43,478 nt of DNA, taken from UHGV virus genome UHGV-0111942; one strand, written 5' to 3'. This document shows positions 7,768 to 15,832 of this stretch, one piece after another. The DNA comes from a virus. Position 1 is the stretch's first letter. Each line of letters starts with the position of its first letter. The notes under the pieces are model-generated. The model was not told the origin of the DNA. It saw nothing but the letters and a program-made list of their open reading frames with translations, and ran no database searches. Both the position numbers and the translations under genes were made by a program.

Positions 7768-8451
7768 TCAATCTGAATTAATATTCCTAATCCTCCTCAA
7801 TTCATACTCCAACGCTTCCGGTAATTCCCTATATTCATCCTTTGCATCACCAACCGGAGCATTGACCGGTTCCAATACTATATCATCAGCCCATAACCAA
7901 TCATCTTTGCCTTGCTTTTTTTCTTCAGCAACAGGAATATTGACCGGTTCCCACTCTCCCCACTCATCGTCGACTGGCTTTTTTTCTTCAGCGGCGGGGA
8001 TATTGACCGGCTCCCATTCAATGCTGTCAAAATCAATTTTTTGTTCGGGCTGTTTTACCGGTATATCTTCCCATTCGCCGTCAGCATTGGCAATGTCATA
8101 GTTAGTCAATTTTCTGTTGGCAGCTTGCTTCTGGCTGGCTTGATACTGAACCCTTAATTCCTCTAATCTTCTTGTCTTTATTCCCTTATACACAGAAACA
8201 GCTATTCCTCCTACAATAGCTATAAAAAGAAGTGCATACACAAATTTTCTAATTCTCCGCCATAGTTTTAGCAACCACCCGAAACCCAATACCCATACGC
8301 CGCTCCAATATCCCCAAACAGGAAGCGTAAAGATCATGAAACGCAACATATCCTCGTTATCGCCCCACTCAATATCTGCGGCTAAGTAAATAAAAATGAC
8401 ATAGAACACGCTTAATAGTATAATAGCTCTTTGGCCTTTAGTTAGTTTCAT
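7768..8451 (-). CDS. Membrane protein with acidic WEPVNIP repeats (candidate superinfection exclusion)
   Basis: About 3 hydrophobic segments, then an acidic tail with repeats including DEWGEWEPVNIP; AT-rich moron. Confidence 0.8.
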   Translation of the reverse strand: MKLTKGQRAIILLSVFYVIFIYLAADIEWGDNEDMLRFMIFTLPVWGYWSGVWVLGFGWLLKLWRRIRKFVYALLFIAIVGGIAVSVYKGIKTRRLEELRVQYQASQKQAANRKLTNYDIANADGEWEDIPVKQPEQKIDFDSIEWEPVNIPAAEEKKPVDDEWGEWEPVNIPVAEEKKQGKDDWLWADDIVLEPVNAPVGDAKDEYRELPEALEYELRRIRNINSD

Positions 8452-8452
8452 C

Positions 8453-8803
8453 TTAAATTCCATAAAACATTTTAGCATTGTGCGGATTTATAGAGTTTTG
8501 TCGCGAAGAACATTTATACATCGTCGCATAAAGCCATCCATGATAATCATCATAACCTTCAAGAATAATCCCATCGGCTCCATGTTCCGCTGCTTTTTCT
8601 CGGGCTTTATTTAATGCACTCGAAAAACTCCACGATTCCCCTGTTTTAATATGTCCCATTTCTTCATACTGACAACTTGGCCGAGCCTTTCTTAAAACCG
8701 CTACATTTCCCGGATTTGTCGGACGATATGATTGTGTATATATTGTTGCTTCAGTACAACCACACAATCCCAAAACAATCAAAACATAAAAAATATTTCT
8801 CAT
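8453..8803 (-). CDS. Lipoprotein (YbjQ/DUF4156-like fold suspected)
   Basis: Lipobox LCGC; CQYEEMGHI and AREKAAEHGADGII motifs; AAGGAG RBS. Confidence 0.8.
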   Translation of the reverse strand: MRNIFYVLIVLGLCGCTEATIYTQSYRPTNPGNVAVLRKARPSCQYEEMGHIKTGESWSFSSALNKAREKAAEHGADGIILEGYDDYHGWLYATMYKCSSRQNSINPHNAKMFYGI

Positions 8804-8863
8804 ATCACCACTCCTTAATATAATAAACCAATAATATACAACTAAAATTAATTATCAATAATT

Positions 8864-11800
8864 TTATTCATCCTCAAAATCGCGCAAAGCATACGGCGAC
8901 CAGCCGAGCCACAACATGACTTCCTTGCCCGGCTCGCCGGCTTTGGCATAATCGCCGAAATTGTTGATAACATCCTGTACATATTTCAGCGGCAACCCCG
9001 TCAACTCACCCAAGGTTTTAACCGCTTTCAATACATCCTCCGCATCCAAATCCTCATCGGCAAATTTCAGCACCATATTTTGGAAATCTTCCAGACTCCC
9101 CCAAAAAGGCACCAAATCGCGCACCGACATTCTGGCGCGGCCGTTTATAGCGTTTTCAATCACTTTGCCGAGCAGGAAATAACCGTTCAAAGACCCAAGC
9201 GCCACCGCCTTCAACTGACTATCATCGTCCCAACGGAAACCATCGGCGACAAACTGAAAAAACATCGGTAGCAAAACATGATAGATAAACAGTGTTTTTG
9301 CAATCTGTTTTTTGCTCATCCGACCGCTGAACATGGCGTTGACTGCTTTAATTTCCTTGCGCAGATACTGGTTTGGCGCGCTTAAAAACATGGTAAAAGC
9401 CCGCCACATCGCATTGCTCTGCATATAGCTCTGCTGGCTCAGACGACCGGACTGTTGTGTCTCGTCCGTTACCCGTTCAAACGTTTCCAAGGCCTTTGCC
9501 TTGGCTTCTGCCTCACTCATCCCCGCTTTCAGGTTCTTTTTCAGTTCCGATTTATAAAGCGCCCAGCCGCCGCTGTAGATCGTAAAGCGATCGCCCAATT
9601 TAATATTTGCCATCAAAAAATCGTTCCATTTGAATTTCCCTCTGGCTTTTTTCATGTTCTTAAACATTTCCGATTGAGACATCACTTCAAAATCGCGAAT
9701 AATATTAACGTCCCGGCTTTTCATCAGTGTCGTGTTGCCCAATATTTCCATCGCCTGTTTCGGATGAAGGAAGAAATCGGCCAGACCGGCGATAAAATCG
9801 GTTGTCGGTATATTTTCCCAATAGGCAGGAAACGACGTTATTTGCTTAATCGCCAGCGCCGGCTTCAACCCCAATACAGATTTGGCATAACGCGCCCGCA
9901 CTTTGGCCAACGCATTCCAAACATCTTCTTTTTTGCCGTTGTTGGCAAAGTTTTCAATTTCATAACGGATACGCCTGTTCATTTTGGCACCAAAAACATT
10001 GTCAATAATTGCCTTGATCTTTTTGTCGCCGAAAACAGCGTTAATATCCTGCAAGGCATCGGCAAACCCCATATAATGGTTAAGATCCTGCACATATTTA
10101 TGCAAAGCGGCAAACGCGCCCCGAAAATTGATGGTTGCGCTGCCGGCCTGAGCCACGCGTTGCTTGGCGCCTGAAAAGCTGGCGTAGGCTCTGGGCGTCC
10201 CGTCATCAACATTCACGCCGTTTCTGGTCATTGAGCGCGGCGAGTAAAATTTATTATGCGGCAGGCTGATGCCGAAATGCTCTTCGTAAAATTGGTTGAA
10301 GCGCTCATAATTTTCATTATAAAACTCAAACAAAGCCTTTGCCACCGCAATATCATCCTCTGTCAGTTCTTCGTTCACCCGCCGCAAAAATTCTTCATTA
10401 TACTGGTTGATCGGATCTGCCGCCATAATTTCCCGCGTGTCCTCATCCTGCGCTTTCATGTAAATATCAATCAACTGGTCTTTACTGAACTCTTTGCGCA
10501 TCAAAACAGGCTTAACCGGAAGTCCGCGCTTGCCGATATTCTCGTTGCCTACCCACTCAATCATTGTCTTCTTGTCCAGCTCTTTATCCATATAACGGCT
10601 GACGCTGATGGCTTTGTTAGCGCTTCCCTTTAATGCGTTCATCAGCTTTTCCGAAATACTGTCCCCATCGGCAACAATGCCGGCATACATCTTCTGCTCG
10701 GCGTTGAATATATCCATGCTCCGGCTGAGCTTGCTGTTGCCGCTGGTCGACTCCCTATCGTTTCGCGACAAAACATCCATCAGGCCGCCCCATGAAAGCT
10801 GTCCGCGCTCTGCTGCTTCAAGCGCTTTCCACGCCTTTTCTTTCCAGCTTCTTTTTTCATCCCGCCAGTTAATCCGACCGCTGCCGGTCAAGACATCCTC
10901 GGCTTCGGCAATCAGTCGTGCTTTTCTCTCCTTTCTGATCTCTCCCGTTACCATGGCGGACAAACGACCGGCATTGTAGCTGTCAGACAACCCTTCATAG
11001 ACTTCCAAAAGCGCCCGGTCGCTTATTTTTCCGGTTGCCAACCCCAGCAGTTTGTTTTCAAAGATAAGCTTTTCAACGTCAATGTCGCCGCCTTCGCGCA
11101 TAAATTCTTCAATCAGTTTGGCATTTTCCTGCTGCTGTTCTCTGGCTGCATCCTTATCCATTACTACTAGGTCGCGGAAGTGGTCAAAAGCATCGTTCAA
11201 ATTTTTGTCCGGAAAACGTCCGACCAACTTGCCGTTTTGCGTCCGCGGCTTCGTCCAGTTCAACAGCCGCTCAATCCTTGAGCGCACCTTTTCCCGGTCA
11301 AAAACCAGATTTTCAAGTTGCCGCCGATAAAAATTATAATCATATTCGCTCAATTTCTCTTTGTTAATGTTTTGCGACGCGGCAAAATCTTTCAGCTTTT
11401 GCTTAAAATCCTTGGCTCCCACTTCGTTATTTTTCATCCTGTCAATCAGGCTTTGCGTTTCCGCCTTGCTGATTTTGCCTTCATGCAGCAGTTCCATCGC
11501 TTTGTTAATGTCCCAGTTGGAAATAAAACCGCGTTGCAGTCTGCTTTCCATATTAGCCGCGCTCTGCTGCATGGCAAAATCAATCTTTCCGCCGCCCAGC
11601 ATATCGTCAAAGGTCTTGCGAATCTCATCATTTAGCTTAACATAGTCCAAGCGCTTAACTTCACTCCACAAATTACGCAGCCAGCTCTTAAAACGACGAA
11701 AAACTTTTTTCAAAAGTGCATTGGGTGAACGCCCTTCCAACAAATAGGCCTCAAACGAATCTGCAAAATACTCGTGTTGTTCCCTTGTCAAATTCCCGTC

Positions 11801-14800
11801 CTTTGAACCGACATAGCGATATATTGCCTGCAACTGTGCTGCCGTTTCCGGGTTATCGGCAAAACGCTGCATATCGTCCAAAAAGAAATGCCCCAACTCG
11901 TGAACGACGGTTGAGGCATCGGCAGTTTGAAAAAGTTTTATAATTGCTTCCCCGGTATCCGGTCGCCGGGTAAAACTCCCCCGCACCCCCTGTGGTCTGC
12001 TTTCCCCTGCCTGCCTCTGATAAAACTTCTGAATGACCTGCACATCATCAGGGTTAAAGATAACAAAACACCGTCCGTCTTGCTGTCCATCATAAGTTAT
12101 GCCTTTAATGCCGTTTTGGCGTAAATATTCGCTTGCTTTTCTAGGGGAACCTAATTTATCGGCCAGATGATTATATACATATCTACCGTTTATCTCGTGC
12201 GATTCACCTGCATATGTAATGCTTCCCCTTGTTTTTATACCAAATTTCTCAGTTATTTTATCAAACACTTCTTTGACAAGTTCCGGTTGTTTTTCGTATC
12301 CGTTTTGCTCATCAAGCAAATACGGATTTTCCGGTATATCAACCTCATGTAATTGTCCCGTATCTACCAGTTTTTCTTCAAATTCTAACAAATCAACTTC
12401 ATCAACAATAGCCAACGCTTCTTTTAATTTTGATAATTCTGAAGCACCACCGAATGCCTTACGATTTTTTTCTATGTTTTTGACTTTGTGTTCAAGCCAT
12501 CGTTTAATTTCGTCATTAGTGGGAGCAAAATTGTTATAGATTGTATATAAAGGTGAAGAAAAATTGATCTCTTTTCCTTTATAATATACAGCAGTTCTCT
12601 CATCCGGTGCAAATTTTCTTCTATATCTCTCAGCAACATATTTATCCAAAGCATAATAAAGTCCCCAACCATGCACCTGTGCCCCTTCACCGGTGCCGAT
12701 TGCCTCCAAACTCGGCCTGTCATAGTCAACCCGGCTGCCGGCATACGCTGTCTGATAATAAATATTATCGTCGGTCCGGCTGAAACTCCCGCGGTTGTAC
12801 ACGGATTTTATCTGATTAGGCTCAAAGACAACATATTCTTTTCCTTTTACAATAACGCCGTCATACCCTTTCTTCTTAGCATTATCAGATAGTTTTTTCC
12901 CAAGTTTGTTTTCCGCAATATAATGTTCCAGTGTTGTTGTTGCTAAAACTTTTTCGCCATTTCTCTCAATTTCTACGGGATTATCTATAAAACGCTGTGC
13001 CTCTTTGGTATATATCCCCAACTCTTTCAGCCGCTCGATTCCTATATTATGTATTTCTTCATAAGCAATATCGGACAAATCAAGAGGGTTATTGATTTTC
13101 AAATACACCGGCATTACAATTTTATTATAAGCGTAATATCGCGCAAGCCTTTCTATCGGTGTAAAATAAAAACCTCTACCGAAAAAACCTGTATCATTTT
13201 TGCCTTGTTTTTTTACATTAAAAACATCAAACTCCGCAACCGTCCCATGATACATCACCAGCGGCCGGCCGTTTTCATCCACTGCTTTGCTGTCGCCAAA
13301 CCACCGCTTAAACTCTGGTGTATTAATATCAGCTTTGCCATCAACACCGTATGCTTTTTGAGGTAATTGATACAAAGTATCGTTGACATTATTGTCCAGA
13401 ACTGATATAATATCAGACATACTCCGACTAGAGAGCAGTCCCTTTTGGGTAGTGGATGCCGTTTGCATCGCTCTAGCGGAGTTATTTTTTATCCAGTTGT
13501 CAATATTAGCATCCGTATCTTTAAAGGCCGTTGTAACAATATTGCGCCCGCTTTTCATATGCTCAAAAACAACGCCGTACTTTCCATTGGGAGTAGCCAC
13601 TTTCATCAATACAGATTGTCCATCAAATCTTTTTTTGGAGGAAAGTGCCGCGCTTTCAATATTATCTATATTTGAAGCGACTTCTGTCCATTCTTTAGCT
13701 GTCAACGAGTGTTTTTTGTCGTGCAAAACCGTATCTCGAGGAATATCAAAATTAACCCCGCTGTTTGATAAATTGGCAAAATACCTTGCGCTTGTATCTT
13801 CTGGATTGTTAAAAATATCATTAACAAAGTTCTCTAAAGTATCAAGCTTACTTTTATACATTGCCTGTTCAAAGTTTCCGTTTCCTTCTCTTTCTGCCAG
13901 ATAAACGGCGCTCCCCTGCTCTGTGTCTTCAATACGCAACTGCCAGCGCTCCAAAATATCCGCTGCCGATTTTCCTTCGTTGACTGCCAACGATACCGCT
14001 CGCGCCGCAATAATTCTGGCATCTGCATCCGCTTCCGCATTTGGACGTCCTGCCGCCGTCAGCTGCTCATAAAAGTTTTGATAAACTTCGTTATACTGGT
14101 TTCTGGCATCAATCATCGGCGCAACAATCTTAGCCCATTGGTCAATTTGTTCGTCCGTCACGCCAAAACGTTCTTTCATCACCTGCCGACTCACCTCTGA
14201 GATACTCCGGGCATCTATTCCTTCCGGCATCGTGTCCGGATCTTTTTCTTTGTTTAGGAGCTGGTCGAGGGTGTCAATTGCCGGCGCACCTTCTTGCAAA
14301 AATGTCTCTTGCAACAAATCTGCCGTTGTTTGTGCCGTCTGATCGTCAATGCCCGGGTTATAAGCTTTCACCTGGTCTTTTATCTGCCGGTTCCAGTTTC
14401 TCATACGATGGTTATAAAGCATAGTGCCGCCCGCGCCAAAGCCTGCACCGGTAATACCGCCGACAAAACCGGCAAACGCTCCGTCCGCCCAGATATCCGC
14501 CTGCGACTTATCCTGCCAGCCGATGGCATTTCGGTATTCGTCCCCCAGCACATTCTGCACGGTTTCCTCAAACGGTCCTTCGGTTAAAAAGCCTTTTGCT
14601 GCCGCTTTGAAAACCGATGACTGGCGGGCTACGTTTTTAACCGCTGTTTTAACCGGCGCCGCCACCGCTCGGTTGTTCAGGATTTTTTCAACCGATCCGA
14701 CAAAGGCGTTTTTCAATACCTTGGAAGCCGGAGCCGTTCCCACTTTGGCAATCCCCATCATGATGAAGTCACCGGTTCCTTCCAACACGCCGTCAACGGC

Positions 14801-15832
14801 TCCCAAAATGTCCGAGTGCAGATCCGCTGTGTCAAAATCTTCTCCTTGTTCCAACGCTTCTTGGAAAGCCTCGCTTTTGGAAGAATCAAAATAGGCTTTG
14901 CTGATCATAGCCGAAGCCACATACGGATTTTTCGTCGCCAGAGTTATCGCCATAGAAGCAGCAATAGAAGTCGCACTGTTGCCGATCCCGTACATAACGT
15001 TTTGAAAATCTTTCTTCCCGCGCATTTCCTCAGGCATCAGCCCCAAACTGATTTTATTGATGGTTTCAACATTGTGCTGCCGCCATTTTTCATACAAAGC
15101 CACCGCTTTTTGGTTCAGCTCTTGCGCGTTTTTCTGCGCGGCATCAAACTCTTCGTCCGATACCGGACGATCGAACTCGCCGCCATACATCAGTGAAACC
15201 GGATTTTCCGCCATCTCCTGAGATATCCGGGGTTCTGCTCTTCCCTTTATTTCATCGGCAATATAAGCCGCCTCATCGGCTGCTCTTCCGGCTTCGACCA
15301 CATCATCCGGCAAGAAAAGCTCTGCCAAGCCCAAACGCGGCATTGATGAAGAACCCTTGTTTTTCCCCTTCTCAGCTCTCTCTTTCCTCCGAAAATAATC
15401 AAATAACAAATCCGTTTCCCCTCTGGCAATACTTGCCCCAATATCCAGCACGCCTGCCGCAGCCGATTTCGGCGCCTGTTTGGCCTCACCGACGGCTTCT
15501 TTTGCTTTTCCTTTGACATAATCAAGCGCCAGCTGCCCGCCAAATAACAGAACTTTGCCCAGAAAATTATCCTTGCCTATCTTCTCTGCCTGCGTATGGA
15601 TGGCAAAGCGGGTGTCGGTTTCATCCATCGTTGCCGGCACCGAATAAACTTTGTTGGTGTCCACATCCAGCGTCGTATAGCTGGGAATATTAACCGGCTC
15701 CCACTCACCCCACTCGTCAGACTGATTTTCGTCCGTGACTGCTACTGGTTCCCACTCACCCCACTCGTCAGACTGATTTTCGTTCGTTGCCCGCAAATTT
15801 CCATCTGTTATTTGGTTAAGAAGTTTATCCAT
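8864..15832 (-). CDS. Large ejection (internal virion) protein with polyvalent-protein domains
   Basis: About 2322 aa from ATG 15832. ADP-ribosyltransferase-like YHGT..FGRGFYF, a second ART-like GTGEGAQVHGWGLY module, HELGH zincin motif and a BECR-nuclease-like segment. Last gene of the virion-core block. Confidence 0.85.
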   Translation of the reverse strand: MDKLLNQITDGNLRATNENQSDEWGEWEPVAVTDENQSDEWGEWEPVNIPSYTTLDVDTNKVYSVPATMDETDTRFAIHTQAEKIGKDNFLGKVLLFGGQLALDYVKGKAKEAVGEAKQAPKSAAAGVLDIGASIARGETDLLFDYFRRKERAEKGKNKGSSSMPRLGLAELFLPDDVVEAGRAADEAAYIADEIKGRAEPRISQEMAENPVSLMYGGEFDRPVSDEEFDAAQKNAQELNQKAVALYEKWRQHNVETINKISLGLMPEEMRGKKDFQNVMYGIGNSATSIAASMAITLATKNPYVASAMISKAYFDSSKSEAFQEALEQGEDFDTADLHSDILGAVDGVLEGTGDFIMMGIAKVGTAPASKVLKNAFVGSVEKILNNRAVAAPVKTAVKNVARQSSVFKAAAKGFLTEGPFEETVQNVLGDEYRNAIGWQDKSQADIWADGAFAGFVGGITGAGFGAGGTMLYNHRMRNWNRQIKDQVKAYNPGIDDQTAQTTADLLQETFLQEGAPAIDTLDQLLNKEKDPDTMPEGIDARSISEVSRQVMKERFGVTDEQIDQWAKIVAPMIDARNQYNEVYQNFYEQLTAAGRPNAEADADARIIAARAVSLAVNEGKSAADILERWQLRIEDTEQGSAVYLAEREGNGNFEQAMYKSKLDTLENFVNDIFNNPEDTSARYFANLSNSGVNFDIPRDTVLHDKKHSLTAKEWTEVASNIDNIESAALSSKKRFDGQSVLMKVATPNGKYGVVFEHMKSGRNIVTTAFKDTDANIDNWIKNNSARAMQTASTTQKGLLSSRSMSDIISVLDNNVNDTLYQLPQKAYGVDGKADINTPEFKRWFGDSKAVDENGRPLVMYHGTVAEFDVFNVKKQGKNDTGFFGRGFYFTPIERLARYYAYNKIVMPVYLKINNPLDLSDIAYEEIHNIGIERLKELGIYTKEAQRFIDNPVEIERNGEKVLATTTLEHYIAENKLGKKLSDNAKKKGYDGVIVKGKEYVVFEPNQIKSVYNRGSFSRTDDNIYYQTAYAGSRVDYDRPSLEAIGTGEGAQVHGWGLYYALDKYVAERYRRKFAPDERTAVYYKGKEINFSSPLYTIYNNFAPTNDEIKRWLEHKVKNIEKNRKAFGGASELSKLKEALAIVDEVDLLEFEEKLVDTGQLHEVDIPENPYLLDEQNGYEKQPELVKEVFDKITEKFGIKTRGSITYAGESHEINGRYVYNHLADKLGSPRKASEYLRQNGIKGITYDGQQDGRCFVIFNPDDVQVIQKFYQRQAGESRPQGVRGSFTRRPDTGEAIIKLFQTADASTVVHELGHFFLDDMQRFADNPETAAQLQAIYRYVGSKDGNLTREQHEYFADSFEAYLLEGRSPNALLKKVFRRFKSWLRNLWSEVKRLDYVKLNDEIRKTFDDMLGGGKIDFAMQQSAANMESRLQRGFISNWDINKAMELLHEGKISKAETQSLIDRMKNNEVGAKDFKQKLKDFAASQNINKEKLSEYDYNFYRRQLENLVFDREKVRSRIERLLNWTKPRTQNGKLVGRFPDKNLNDAFDHFRDLVVMDKDAAREQQQENAKLIEEFMREGGDIDVEKLIFENKLLGLATGKISDRALLEVYEGLSDSYNAGRLSAMVTGEIRKERKARLIAEAEDVLTGSGRINWRDEKRSWKEKAWKALEAAERGQLSWGGLMDVLSRNDRESTSGNSKLSRSMDIFNAEQKMYAGIVADGDSISEKLMNALKGSANKAISVSRYMDKELDKKTMIEWVGNENIGKRGLPVKPVLMRKEFSKDQLIDIYMKAQDEDTREIMAADPINQYNEEFLRRVNEELTEDDIAVAKALFEFYNENYERFNQFYEEHFGISLPHNKFYSPRSMTRNGVNVDDGTPRAYASFSGAKQRVAQAGSATINFRGAFAALHKYVQDLNHYMGFADALQDINAVFGDKKIKAIIDNVFGAKMNRRIRYEIENFANNGKKEDVWNALAKVRARYAKSVLGLKPALAIKQITSFPAYWENIPTTDFIAGLADFFLHPKQAMEILGNTTLMKSRDVNIIRDFEVMSQSEMFKNMKKARGKFKWNDFLMANIKLGDRFTIYSGGWALYKSELKKNLKAGMSEAEAKAKALETFERVTDETQQSGRLSQQSYMQSNAMWRAFTMFLSAPNQYLRKEIKAVNAMFSGRMSKKQIAKTLFIYHVLLPMFFQFVADGFRWDDDSQLKAVALGSLNGYFLLGKVIENAINGRARMSVRDLVPFWGSLEDFQNMVLKFADEDLDAEDVLKAVKTLGELTGLPLKYVQDVINNFGDYAKAGEPGKEVMLWLGWSPYALRDFEDE
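15699..15783. repeat. Tandem 51-bp-period repeat encoding ENQSDEWGEWEPV twice
   Basis: 34-nt identical copies at 15699-15732 and 15750-15783. Confidence 0.9.
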
